Below are positions 19,358 through 28,526 of a stretch of 64,000 nt of DNA, piece after piece (within the stretch, counting starts at the first letter, position 1; the number at the start of each line of letters is the position of its first letter). The translations under genes were made by a program, and so were the position numbers. Origin of the DNA: Patescibacteria group bacterium (lineage in GTDB: Bacteria > Patescibacteriota > Minisyncoccia > Moranbacterales > UBA2206); the NCBI GenBank assembly GCA_022709735.1, contig JAKLIG010000003.1:6384-70383 (forward strand), read 5' to 3'. A model generated the notes under the pieces. It made no database searches. It saw nothing but the letters and a program-made list of their open reading frames with translations, and was not told the origin of the DNA.

Positions 19358-19380
19358 CTGCCTGCCGGCAGGCAGGTGCA
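19358..19380. repeat. GC-rich palindromic element cctgcctgccggcaggcagg (paralog at 5506-5529)
   Basis: Perfect 20-bp palindrome in AT-rich intergenic DNA. About 85% identical to a segment inside the trmD 3' end. Confidence 0.5.
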
Positions 19381-19424
19381 GAATATGAGAATGTTATTTG
19401 TATGTAATTATTAAAAAAATAATA

Positions 19425-19877
19425 TCAAAATCCAATCTCGCTATAAATTTTATTATTTTTAATATTTTTCAAAGCTTCTTTCATAAAAGGAATTGTGTTT
19501 TTTGGCAAAGAATTTAGCGGAAACCACCTCACATCATCGCATTTATGCGGTTCCATATTTTTCGGTTCCCCTTTCCATTTTTTGGCTTTTATGAAAACAT
19601 CCACCCTTCCCCTCAATTCTCTTGGATTTGGAACAACATATTTTTGCATAAAATGAACGACCCCTAGATCATCCGCCTTCAAATCGATTCCGATTTCTTC
19701 TTTCGCTTCCCTGATAATAGTTTCCACAAAAGTTTCTTTTTCTTCAACATGCCCGGCGCAAAATCCATAAAGCCCGTCCTGATATCCGGTGTTATATCTT
19801 CTTTGCAAAAGCACCTTGTTATTTTTTATTAAAACAAGATACGAAGCTGGTATTAGACTATATCTTTTCTTCTTCAT
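19425..19877 (-). CDS. NUDIX hydrolase
   Basis: 150 aa. Nudix box REAKEEIGI. FCAGHVEE. Confidence 0.7.
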   Translation of the reverse strand: MKKKRYSLIPASYLVLIKNNKVLLQRRYNTGYQDGLYGFCAGHVEEKETFVETIIREAKEEIGIDLKADDLGVVHFMQKYVVPNPRELRGRVDVFIKAKKWKGEPKNMEPHKCDDVRWFPLNSLPKNTIPFMKEALKNIKNNKIYSEIGF

Positions 19878-19889
19878 ATTTTAAGTTAA

Positions 19890-20327
19890 TTACTTATTTT
19901 TGACCATAATTATTCTGGACTCTCCGTCACCAAAAAAATTCTCTTTGCGACCAAATTCAATAAATCCCAATGATTCATAAAGTTTGACTGCATCGACATT
20001 GTCCGGATGAGTTACTAAATCTATTTTTTTATAATTTTTCAATTCTTCTAATAATTTTACAGTGGCTTTTTTAGCTAATCCCTGCTTTCTAAATTCTGGC
20101 TTTATAACTAATCCGCTTATGTATGCATGGTCATTGTTTTTGATTTCATAAGCAATACTTCCTATTATTTTGCCATCATTTTTTATGATATAAACAATAT
20201 CATTGGAAATCCACTTTTTAATTTCTTCCTCTTGAAAATATCCAGAATATGTCTTTAATCCTATGGTTGTTTTTTCAATTTCCAAAAGCACTTGAACATC
20301 TTTATTTGTTGCTTTAATTAATTGCAT
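19890..20327 (-). CDS. GNAT family N-acetyltransferase
   Basis: 145 aa. Acetyl-CoA binding motif RKQGLAKKA. Confidence 0.7.
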   Translation of the reverse strand: MQLIKATNKDVQVLLEIEKTTIGLKTYSGYFQEEEIKKWISNDIVYIIKNDGKIIGSIAYEIKNNDHAYISGLVIKPEFRKQGLAKKATVKLLEELKNYKKIDLVTHPDNVDAVKLYESLGFIEFGRKENFFGDGESRIIMVKNK

Positions 20328-20347
20328 ATTTTTTCTTCTGAATTTAA

Positions 20348-20905
20348 TTAATTTTCAGAAACTTTTGCTAAAAAATTTTGGTTATTAATTTTATCTATAA
20401 TTTTATTTATTATAATATTTGCCTTGGTATTATTTTCAATTTCCCTCAAGTGCAAAGCTTGAAAATAATAACTCCCGATTGATTTTAACTTGTGGGCGTT
20501 GGAGAAATATTTTAGGGCTTGTTCTCCAACTCGTTTAGAATTTTTTATTTCGCCGCCACCAACTACAATTGTAATAAGTTTTTTATTTTTTAATTTATCA
20601 GTTTCATAAAATATATTGGTTCGATCAATAAAATCCTTCATCAGCCCTGGGACATTATCAAAATAATTTGGGGCTCCGATAACAATAACGTCGGATTCTA
20701 ACATTTTACCGCATAATCCTTGCATGTCATCTTGAATTGCGCATTTTTTATGCTCGTCACAATATAAGCACCCGGCACAGTGCTTAATGTTTTTATTTCT
20801 AAGCAAAATCAGCTCCTTTTCGCCTTTGATGGATTTATATATCTTATTCAATATAAATTCCGTGTTGCCTTTTCTGGGGCTACCGGAAATAAGTAGTGTT
20901 TTCAT
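20348..20905 (-). CDS. Iron-sulfur flavoprotein / NADPH-dependent FMN reductase-like
   Basis: 185 aa. LISGSPRKGNT flavodoxin-like start. Compact Cys cluster CAGCLYCDEHKKC. Confidence 0.6.
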   Translation of the reverse strand: MKTLLISGSPRKGNTEFILNKIYKSIKGEKELILLRNKNIKHCAGCLYCDEHKKCAIQDDMQGLCGKMLESDVIVIGAPNYFDNVPGLMKDFIDRTNIFYETDKLKNKKLITIVVGGGEIKNSKRVGEQALKYFSNAHKLKSIGSYYFQALHLREIENNTKANIIINKIIDKINNQNFLAKVSEN

Positions 20906-20914
20906 ATTCCTCTT

Positions 20915-20932
20915 TTATTCTACCCCCGCCAA
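20915..20932 (-). promoter_or_regulatory. Conserved 18-nt motif ttggcgggggtagaataa 10 nt upstream of the flavoprotein start
   Basis: Identical copy 4 nt upstream of the rsgA start (22039-22057). Contains TAGAAT, a -10-like hexamer. Confidence 0.45.
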
Positions 20933-20949
20933 GATAAAAGACAACCAAT

Positions 20950-22035
20950 CTAATAATCCTTATGCCCCGCTTCTTTCAGTTCTTTTTTTGCTGTTTTGAG
21001 AAACTTTCCAAACTGGCGATCCTTTTCTTTCTTTTCCACTGCATTCATTTCATAATGCTGGGCTTCTTTTTTGAGATTAATGTAATTGGCATATTGACTT
21101 TCATCCAATTGGTTTGCTTTCAGGGCAACTAGCACGGCGCAGTCCGGTTCATGAACATGCGTGCAATCGACATACTTGCAATTCTTGGCCAGCGCAGTTA
21201 TTTCATCAAATAAATTATCAATGCCGGCGCCCGTATCCGTCATTCCGACTTCCCGCACGCCCGGATTGTCAATCACAATTCCGCCTCCTGCCAAAAAATA
21301 CATTTCCCGGCTAGTGGTAGCGTGCTGGCCTCGACCGGAACGCTCACTGATATTTTTCGTCTTGATAATTTCTTCGCCCAATAATTTATTAATAAGCGAT
21401 GATTTTCCCACGCCTGACGAGCCAAGAAAGCAATAAGTTTTTCCGGGAGCGATATATTTTTTTAGGTTATCCAGCCCTGTTTCGGTCAAGGTGCTGGTTG
21501 CAATAATTGGAGAATCGCTTAGACGATTTTGCATTTCCTCAAGTTTCGCGTCCAATTCCAACTTCGAAATCAAATCAATTTTATTCAAGATGATAGCCGG
21601 CTGAATGCCTCCATCATTGGCAATGGCAAAATATCTTTCAATGCGGTTCAAATTATAATCCCGATCAACCGATTCAATAACAAATGCCACATCAATATTG
21701 GCCGCAATGATTTGAGTTTCGTTTTTGCCGCTATATTTTCTTTTCATCACCGTTTTTCTCGGCAAAACTTTTTGAATGACCGCGTGATCCTCATCAGCTT
21801 TTGAAATCACCACCCAATCGCCGACCGATGGAAAATCTTCGCGCGAAACAGCCTCAAATATCTGCTTGCCGGTTATCCTGGCCGAAAATTCACCCTCGAT
21901 ATTTTTAACTTTGTAAGCGCCTTTGTATTCAGCAATTACCCGCGCCACTGATAAATCAGCCAACTCCAGCTTGATCCGACTAGCTTCAAAAAATGCATCA
22001 TATCCTAGATCTTCAATTTTTAATTCTTTATTCAT
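20950..22035 (-). CDS. rsgA: Ribosome small subunit-dependent GTPase A
   Basis: 361 aa. N-terminal OB domain, circularly permuted GTPase (NKIDL then GSSGVGKSSLIN), C-terminal zinc finger (CKYVDCTHVHEPDC). Confidence 0.85.
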   Translation of the reverse strand: MNKELKIEDLGYDAFFEASRIKLELADLSVARVIAEYKGAYKVKNIEGEFSARITGKQIFEAVSREDFPSVGDWVVISKADEDHAVIQKVLPRKTVMKRKYSGKNETQIIAANIDVAFVIESVDRDYNLNRIERYFAIANDGGIQPAIILNKIDLISKLELDAKLEEMQNRLSDSPIIATSTLTETGLDNLKKYIAPGKTYCFLGSSGVGKSSLINKLLGEEIIKTKNISERSGRGQHATTSREMYFLAGGGIVIDNPGVREVGMTDTGAGIDNLFDEITALAKNCKYVDCTHVHEPDCAVLVALKANQLDESQYANYINLKKEAQHYEMNAVEKKEKDRQFGKFLKTAKKELKEAGHKDY

Positions 22036-22038
22036 GCC

Positions 22039-22057
22039 TTTATTCTACCCCCGCCAA
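22039..22057 (-). promoter_or_regulatory. Second copy of the ttggcgggggtagaataa motif, 4 nt upstream of the rsgA ATG
   Basis: Exact repeat of 20915-20932. Confidence 0.45.
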
Positions 22058-22087
22058 AACAAAAAACAAGTCCTTATTTAAAAACAA

Positions 22088-22106
22088 AAAACACCCTCAC
22101 GAGGTG
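22088..22106 (-). terminator. Intrinsic terminator of the patatin-like gene
   Basis: Minus strand: aacacctcgtgagggtgtt followed by ttttttgttttt. Confidence 0.6.
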
Positions 22107-22125
22107 TTCTTTCCAAACAATCTTA

Positions 22126-22956
22126 TTATTTCTTAAACTTCCAAAAATCAAATATTTTTTGAATGAAGCTTTTTGATTCTGAACTTGGAGCGAAAATGCG
22201 TTCCTTGATTTTAGGCATCATTAAAATTGTTGCCTTGTAACCTTCTTCGATCAATATGTCATGCTTTTCAAAATCAAAAGAATCAAATTTTTTCACATTC
22301 GGCCGGATGATTAAATCTGCCTGATCATCCAGCAAAATAGTTTGAGCTTTGGATAGCGTGTTGTATGCGTTGCTTATCACATCCAAAATGTTTCGTGTTT
22401 TTTTATTATCATGCCGAAGATTGACTCCTATATTGATTTCCGCTCCCATGCTTTTTAGCGGAGACAAAGGCAAATTTTCCACTAGTCCACCGTCTACCAA
22501 TTTTTTTCCTTTATTTTGAATGGGAATAAAAATTCCCGGAAGACAAGTGCTGGCCATTATTGCTTTGGCAACATTGCCCTTTCTAAGAATAACTTCTTTC
22601 CCCGTGTCGATGTCCGTCGCGACAATCGCCAAGGGAATTTTCGCATCTTCAATATTCACATCGCCAATCGTTGCAATGGTTATTTCACTAATCGGCTCAT
22701 TTGATTCCAGTCCCATTTTTGAATATCTGAATTCCGAAATAGTTGACCAATCGATTGTTTTTGATATTTCAATCATTCTTTCCAAGGAAACGCCAAACGC
22801 CAAAAAAGAAGCCACAATTGATCCGGCGCTTGTTCCAGAAACACAACTAATTGGAATATTATTTTCCGACAAAGCCTTAATTACGCCGATATGAGCAGCG
22901 CCCAGCGCTGAACCGCCACTAAGCGCCAATCCGATTGAAATCTTTTTATTATTCAT
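22126..22956 (-). CDS. Patatin-like phospholipase
   Basis: Oxyanion GGSALG and nucleophile elbow GTSAGS. Catalytic DGG near residue 160. Confidence 0.75.
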   Translation of the reverse strand: MNNKKISIGLALSGGSALGAAHIGVIKALSENNIPISCVSGTSAGSIVASFLAFGVSLERMIEISKTIDWSTISEFRYSKMGLESNEPISEITIATIGDVNIEDAKIPLAIVATDIDTGKEVILRKGNVAKAIMASTCLPGIFIPIQNKGKKLVDGGLVENLPLSPLKSMGAEINIGVNLRHDNKKTRNILDVISNAYNTLSKAQTILLDDQADLIIRPNVKKFDSFDFEKHDILIEEGYKATILMMPKIKERIFAPSSESKSFIQKIFDFWKFKK

Positions 22957-22983
22957 AAAGTAATTATAGCACATTTTGCCAAC

Positions 22984-23005
22984 AAAAAAACAGGGTTTCG
23001 CCCTG
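22984..23005 (-). terminator. Intrinsic terminator of the helicase gene
   Basis: Minus strand: gcagggcgaaaccctg followed by ttttttt. The same hairpin sequence recurs at 25012-25028. Confidence 0.7.
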
Positions 23006-23008
23006 CTT

Positions 23009-24832
23009 TTAAATCTTATCGATTTTGCTTAGTTTCTTTTGCCCCATTACATATAATTCCGACATAGCTCGTGTAAGAGCAACATACAAGAGATCCTGAT
23101 TTATTTTTCTTTTTTCGTTTGCCAAAGAAATATTTTCATCTGCATAACTTGTAAACATATCGCCTCCAATACCAACCAAAAAGACAATGTCAAACTCTAC
23201 GCCCTGAGATTCATTCATTGTCATCACATGAATTTTCTCGTTTTCTGAAAACTCTCTTTTAAAATATGCCAAATATTTTTCATCCCTAGATAATATTCCC
23301 ACGCTATTATATTTTTTATTTTTTAATAACTTCTTAATTCGCCCAATTTCTTGCTCTTTTGTTTGGCAAGCATATTCCCTTACTTCCAGCCCGTCCTTCA
23401 ATTGCGCCGGAATTTCAACATCATATCCAATACTTCTAATATAACCTAGAATGTTTTTGGTATTGCGATAAATTTTTTCTAAAACCACCTTTCTTTTCTT
23501 GTCCATTTTCTCGTTAACATCTTCCCAATTGCTAATTGTTCCCATTTTTACCTGTTGTTTCATATCGCCAACATATATAATTGACTGGGTTTTTTCATTT
23601 ATACATAATTTTATAAGTTTCAACTGGTCGGACATATAGTTTTGAAATTCATCTATTACAGCTAAAGAATACCGCAATGAGACGGGGCCTCTTTTCTTTT
23701 TCAGCTTCCCGTTTTTTTGAAGAACATAATAATCTTTCACCACGCTAAGTTCTTTATTATTTTTATAAAAAATTTTTAGAAGCAATGTCAGATCTATTCT
23801 GTCATACGCATTTTTTAATTTCTGGGACTGGAAAAGAACCTTTTGTTTTTCATTGAAGTATTTTGCATATAAATTTTCAAGTACAGAAAAATTATTATAA
23901 GAAAGGTTAACATTGCCAATAAAATTTCTCAAGGCTTCTAGTTTTTGAAATTCATAAGAATCTTTTTCATATTCCAAATCCCCATATCGCTCGACAAAAT
24001 TTCCCCTGATCCCTAATATGCTAAATGCCCATTTCTGGAAAGTGGTTATTTCCACATCATCTATGCCTAATTCTGGAAGAAGATGAGAAAAGTATTCTTT
24101 CGTTCCCTCGTCTTGCACAAATATTATGACTGACTTGCTCACATATGTTTCGGCCAGATCCGGAGATTGCACCAAATAGGCCACACGATGAAGAGCGAGT
24201 GTTGTTTTGCCACTTCCAGCCGGACCGGAAATAAGAAATGGGCCAAGATGATGAGCTCTGATCACCTGATCTTGCGCTTGTTCCATTTGCGAAACTATTT
24301 CTGGCAAAATAAAACTAGTCTTTTTCGTAGAAAAATATTCCTCATAGATAAGCTTTCTAGATAGACCAATTGATTCACTTGACAAGAATTTTATTTTTCC
24401 ATCCGTTATCATGTATTGATCTTTGCGAATAAGTTTGGCTTTTTGAATGACTCCATCTGGACGTTTGAAACTCACATCCCCCGGCTTTTCAAAGCGCACA
24501 ACCGAAGCAGGTGTTACCCAGGAATAGATAGATTCATCACTAAAACCAAACTTACCAAAATATATTTCAGATACTCCGGTATCGTTTGGAAATAAGATAT
24601 CACATCGCACAAAATAGGGAGACCCTTCCAGATGATCCAATTCTACAATTCTTTTTTTCCCATTAGCCAAAATCACGCGCTCGACCATCTGGTCTGCATA
24701 AGAAAGACCGGCAAATCTTTTTTCGCTAAGCTTCAGTGTCTTTTTCAATTTTTCGAATTCTGATTGTATGCTAACCCGAACATTGGTCAGATGATTTCTG
24801 GCTTCTTTTAAAATTTTTTCTTTATCAATCAT
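23009..24832 (-). CDS. UvrD/Rep-family (HelD-like) DNA helicase
   Basis: Walker A GPAGSGKTTLALHR. UvrD-like layout with a long N-terminal extension. Start moved to the internal Met (MIDKEKIL). Confidence 0.7.
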   Translation of the reverse strand: MIDKEKILKEARNHLTNVRVSIQSEFEKLKKTLKLSEKRFAGLSYADQMVERVILANGKKRIVELDHLEGSPYFVRCDILFPNDTGVSEIYFGKFGFSDESIYSWVTPASVVRFEKPGDVSFKRPDGVIQKAKLIRKDQYMITDGKIKFLSSESIGLSRKLIYEEYFSTKKTSFILPEIVSQMEQAQDQVIRAHHLGPFLISGPAGSGKTTLALHRVAYLVQSPDLAETYVSKSVIIFVQDEGTKEYFSHLLPELGIDDVEITTFQKWAFSILGIRGNFVERYGDLEYEKDSYEFQKLEALRNFIGNVNLSYNNFSVLENLYAKYFNEKQKVLFQSQKLKNAYDRIDLTLLLKIFYKNNKELSVVKDYYVLQKNGKLKKKRGPVSLRYSLAVIDEFQNYMSDQLKLIKLCINEKTQSIIYVGDMKQQVKMGTISNWEDVNEKMDKKRKVVLEKIYRNTKNILGYIRSIGYDVEIPAQLKDGLEVREYACQTKEQEIGRIKKLLKNKKYNSVGILSRDEKYLAYFKREFSENEKIHVMTMNESQGVEFDIVFLVGIGGDMFTSYADENISLANEKRKINQDLLYVALTRAMSELYVMGQKKLSKIDKI

Positions 24833-25011
24833 AATTATTAAAGATAAAAAACGACTTATCTCTAAATAAAATCGTCCGATTAAGCACAACCTGATCCTAA
24901 TTAGGTATAAGTCAATCAACAGAAGAACTTGTTATTTGGAAGTAATTTTATAACAAAAAATTTTTGTTAGATTTAGAATAACATATTAAATTATCTCACG
25001 CAAACACAAAA

Positions 25012-25447
25012 ACAGGGTTTCGCCCTGTCCTTAAAAAAATTTATTCGCTAAGTTTTGGATGTGATTTCGGCGCCGATGTGTCGCCGGCATTGCTTGTTTT
25101 CAGTTCCCTGCTCCCAAAAATTAAAGAACGAATCCAAAACCTAACAAATAAATTTATATCACAATCTTATGCGATTACCCGTCTCGTCGACGGGCCAACC
25201 GCTTGTCTGCCGAAGAGGCAGAAAGAGGCTGGGTCCTATATTAAAGTCTACTTGAGAGATTCATTACTGAATCAATCGCGTGCTGTACAAAACACACTCG
25301 AGATTATATAGCTCTCGTGGGCATTGCTGTTTCCGCCGATGAGGCGGGTCGACCAGCAGATGAAATCCATACTGCACGACTTTTAATTTTGACATTGAAA
25401 GTCTTAATGTGTAGTACTCTGGAATTTCATCGGTTCTCCCTAGAAAG
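25012..25447 (-). repeat. Orphan copy of the 16S rRNA 3' trailer, including the last ~27 nt of 16S (anti-SD end), ending in a cagggcgaaaccctg terminator
   Basis: Block-wise homology (about 70% overall) to 56966-57311. Shared blocks include atcgRttctccctagaaaggaggtgat, gtcgaccagc, cattgctgtt, tcattRctgaatcaat, tatcacaa..gcgatt. No 16S body upstream (a HAD gene instead). Confidence 0.7.
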
Positions 25448-25473
25448 GAGGTGATTCGTGGGAGGAATCAGGG

Positions 25474-26115
25474 TTATCCTGCCAATGTTCTTAATTTACC
25501 GATAAAATCCTCTGAATCTGCGATTTGTAAAATATCCAAACCCAATTTAGCATAAACACCGCTCTTGTCAACACAGTCGTCTATCAATAGAACGTCTCCG
25601 TATGATAATTCGTGACTTTTAAGATAATCGTCAAAGAATGGAATTGAATTCTCCCCTACATCGAACTTTAGCATCCTCTTCTCAAAAGAAACTAAAAAGT
25701 CGTCAAAATGACTGTCCAGCTTCAAGGCAGGTATCGTATATTTCAGAAAAGTATCCATATTATCTGTGGCAATCACGCAATTAGTCCCCTTTTTCTTGAG
25801 ATTGTTAATCAAGCCTAAAATTTCACTGCTAACTAATTGCATATCTTCGCAACTTTCAGCAAGGTCAGCAAGAACGACTTCCTTTGAATACCCAAATCTT
25901 TTATAAATTAGTTCAGCGATATATTTCTCATCAAATTTTGCCCTCATCCAGTCATCTATCAACTTCTTATTTTCAATAAAAACGAGACTAACGATATTTT
26001 TGTGCCAATCGTGTCTTTCGTGACTAGGACTTTCTAGTTGACTCCAAAACAAAGAATTGGAAAGTGTCTTGTTCCAATCGAAAAATATCGTTTTATACTG
26101 TTTTTGTTGCATCAT
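25474..26115 (-). CDS. HAD-superfamily hydrolase-like protein
   Basis: FFDWNKTL (degenerate motif I) and LLIDDCVDKSG (motif IV-like). Start moved to an internal Met to give a 4-nt ATGA overlap with MazG. Confidence 0.5.
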   Translation of the reverse strand: MMQQKQYKTIFFDWNKTLSNSLFWSQLESPSHERHDWHKNIVSLVFIENKKLIDDWMRAKFDEKYIAELIYKRFGYSKEVVLADLAESCEDMQLVSSEILGLINNLKKKGTNCVIATDNMDTFLKYTIPALKLDSHFDDFLVSFEKRMLKFDVGENSIPFFDDYLKSHELSYGDVLLIDDCVDKSGVYAKLGLDILQIADSEDFIGKLRTLAG

Positions 26116-26390
26116 TTCTTGAACTTCTTTTGTGCTTTCAACGCTTCTTCTATACACTTCTCTGGGTCAAATCCGAGGTCATCGCACCAACGAACAGATG
26201 ACAGAATCATATTGCCCATTTCCTTTTGTAATTCTTGTTTTGTGTGAGTTTTATTGTCCTTTGATGCATTCCTCTCCCAACGGCAAATATCGCCAAAAAC
26301 TTTTCCCATCCGAACGATGATTTGCGAAAGGGTTAATTTTTGTTTGCCCCAAATTTGTCTGCCCTGGTTTAATAAGTCTGATATTTCCAT
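26112..26390 (-). CDS. MazG-like nucleotide pyrophosphohydrolase
   Basis: 92 aa. EMGNMILSSVRWCDDLGFDPEKCIEEAL matches the MazG/HisE helical core. Confidence 0.6.
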   Translation of the reverse strand: MEISDLLNQGRQIWGKQKLTLSQIIVRMGKVFGDICRWERNASKDNKTHTKQELQKEMGNMILSSVRWCDDLGFDPEKCIEEALKAQKKFKK

Positions 26391-26411
26391 AACTTATTTA
26401 TTTAATTTTTA

Positions 26412-27068
26412 TTATTCAAACAAAACTTTTGATAATTCAGAGAAGTTAGAAACCACCATATCCGCACCAACAGACTCCAAGCGTTCCTTGGTAAAAGTTG
26501 TCGTGATGCCACACGCCTGACAACCAGCCGATTTGGCGGAGAGTATGCCATTATCCGAATCTTCTATTACCAGACACTCACTTGGTTGCTCGTTTAGTTT
26601 TTTAACCGTAACCAAATACGGCTCTGGATGCGGTTTTCCATTGCTCACATTATCCGCTGTAACCATTATTTCAAAGAAACTTTCTAAATTGAATTTTGTT
26701 AAAATTTTATCTTGCTGAACTTTTCGTCCTGAAGTTGTTAGAGCATAACGATATTTTAGGCTATTCCTCAATTTTTCCAAAAATTCATATACGCCCTCCA
26801 CTAATTGCATATCTCTTAAAGCATAGGAAAGATATAGCTCAATTTTACGCTCAATCATCTTTTCAATAGGCTCATTTCCATTCCCATATTTTTGACTGGC
26901 ATAAGAGAAAATGTCTTCTAGTTTTTTACCTCTGAAATTATCCCATTCACTTTTTAACACTTCCATACCAAATTCACGGCAAACTTCCATTTCTGCTTTT
27001 TCGTGGATAGGCTCGGAATTTACAATCACCCCATCCATATCAAATATCAACGCTTTTATATTTTTCAT
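26412..27068 (-). CDS. HAD-IA hydrolase (beta-phosphoglucomutase-like)
   Basis: IFDMDGVIV motif I. TTSGRK, GK. DSDNG motif IV. Confidence 0.75.
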   Translation of the reverse strand: MKNIKALIFDMDGVIVNSEPIHEKAEMEVCREFGMEVLKSEWDNFRGKKLEDIFSYASQKYGNGNEPIEKMIERKIELYLSYALRDMQLVEGVYEFLEKLRNSLKYRYALTTSGRKVQQDKILTKFNLESFFEIMVTADNVSNGKPHPEPYLVTVKKLNEQPSECLVIEDSDNGILSAKSAGCQACGITTTFTKERLESVGADMVVSNFSELSKVLFE

Positions 27069-27595
27069 AGATTCAGTGCTTTTTCTATATTTTCAGACCA
27101 ATTATGTCCACAATTTTCAATCTCAATGACTTGGAATCCTTTTGAACGCATAAACTGCACGGCTTCATCGTCACAGAAGAAATCATCATTCCTTCCTCTA
27201 AACATAGTCAGGTTTTCTTTGGGAATTTCATCAAGTCTTTTTGAAAAGTCAACTAATAAAAGTTTTACACACCTTACAATTTCGATTATATATTTGAAAG
27301 GGTTTTTTGTGAATTTTTGCCGTTCCAAAAACAACCCTTCGGATAAGATGAATTTAGACCATCGAATAAGCCAAATTAAAACATTTCTTTTTGGCAAGGG
27401 CGGATTGACTAAGATTAGCTTTCCTTTTCCATTCCAGTCACGCAACGCTACCAACGCACCCAGACTCAAGCCAATTATGCATACATCCTCAGCGTCTGTA
27501 TCAATCTTTCCAAACTGCATACTTAAATTGTCATACTTCCCATACAACTTTAATCCAGTCATCCATCCAGGAAGTAATAAAATTTTGTTAGTCAT
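27065..27595 (-). CDS. Alpha/beta-hydrolase (esterase-like)
   Basis: GLSLGA nucleophile elbow. His near the C-terminus. Confidence 0.5.
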   Translation of the reverse strand: MTNKILLLPGWMTGLKLYGKYDNLSMQFGKIDTDAEDVCIIGLSLGALVALRDWNGKGKLILVNPPLPKRNVLIWLIRWSKFILSEGLFLERQKFTKNPFKYIIEIVRCVKLLLVDFSKRLDEIPKENLTMFRGRNDDFFCDDEAVQFMRSKGFQVIEIENCGHNWSENIEKALNL

Positions 27596-27596
27596 A

Positions 27597-28511
27597 TCAG
27601 ATTATAAACTTTGTTACCTGCATTAAATTATCCGTATTTATTTGATGCTCATCAATAACCTCCAGATGCGGTTTGGTTCTGTCCACCAGAACAACCAGCC
27701 CAAAACCCATCTGCTCTTTAGGAGTCTGTAAATCACCGCTGAATGAATCGCCAACCATTATGGAGTTGCTAAGGTCAATTGATGAGCCATACTCTTCTGA
27801 TGCCTTCTTGATAGCCTTTTCAAAGAAGTCTCTGTGCGGTTTATCTTCTGGGTCTCCAATACTCAATATATTAAAATCAATTCCTTTTTCACGAAGCAAC
27901 TCTATCCGTTCCCTTTTTAATGCTTCGGAATAAACTGGGTCATATATAAATTTTCCGTCTGGTTGCATTTTCAATCTGGCATCACTGCTGGTCAATAAAT
28001 AAATTGGGCGATTATGAATCTTAATCTCTTTTATCAACTCAACAGCATCAGGATAGGCTGATGTTATTCTTGATAGCTCCACCCAATAAGCATCTACCGC
28101 TTCGTGGACTAATTCTGGAGTAACTGATATGCCCAATCTGTCTGATGCCATTTTTACAAATATCTCCCTGCTCCATTTCTTCATTGCCCCAAATTCTTTA
28201 ACTATGCTCGGTTGAAATTTTTCCACAGTTTGAAGCAGATTCTGAAAAGCCTCTTTTCCACCTTCAACACTTTCCCATCCCTTCTCGTTTTTTACTCTAT
28301 ATCCTGAAAGCATCAAATTGTAGTATGCGTTTACCTGATTTTTAACCGCTAAAGCAGTATCATCACCATATTTATTTTTGAATACTCGCCTAATTCCCTC
28401 TGTAGCATCGGACGAAACATCTGAAGTATCGCTAAGCGTGTCATCAATATCGAAAAACCAAACTGAATTTTCCCACTTTATTTTATCCATTTCTGAAATA
28501 CGAGCATTCAT
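27597..28511 (-). CDS. HAD-superfamily hydrolase
   Basis: FDIDDTL motif I, LLTSSD, MVGDSFSGD motif IV. Confidence 0.6.
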   Translation of the reverse strand: MNARISEMDKIKWENSVWFFDIDDTLSDTSDVSSDATEGIRRVFKNKYGDDTALAVKNQVNAYYNLMLSGYRVKNEKGWESVEGGKEAFQNLLQTVEKFQPSIVKEFGAMKKWSREIFVKMASDRLGISVTPELVHEAVDAYWVELSRITSAYPDAVELIKEIKIHNRPIYLLTSSDARLKMQPDGKFIYDPVYSEALKRERIELLREKGIDFNILSIGDPEDKPHRDFFEKAIKKASEEYGSSIDLSNSIMVGDSFSGDLQTPKEQMGFGLVVLVDRTKPHLEVIDEHQINTDNLMQVTKFII

Positions 28512-28526
28512 AGTTTTTTTACTCTA

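Noticed and set aside
25078-25311. ORF 25078..25311 (+, 77 aa) and the 16-codon SD+GTG mini-ORF at 25455
   Set aside because: Both lie within the orphan rRNA-trailer copy. The SD is simply the complement of the 16S tail. No coding signal.
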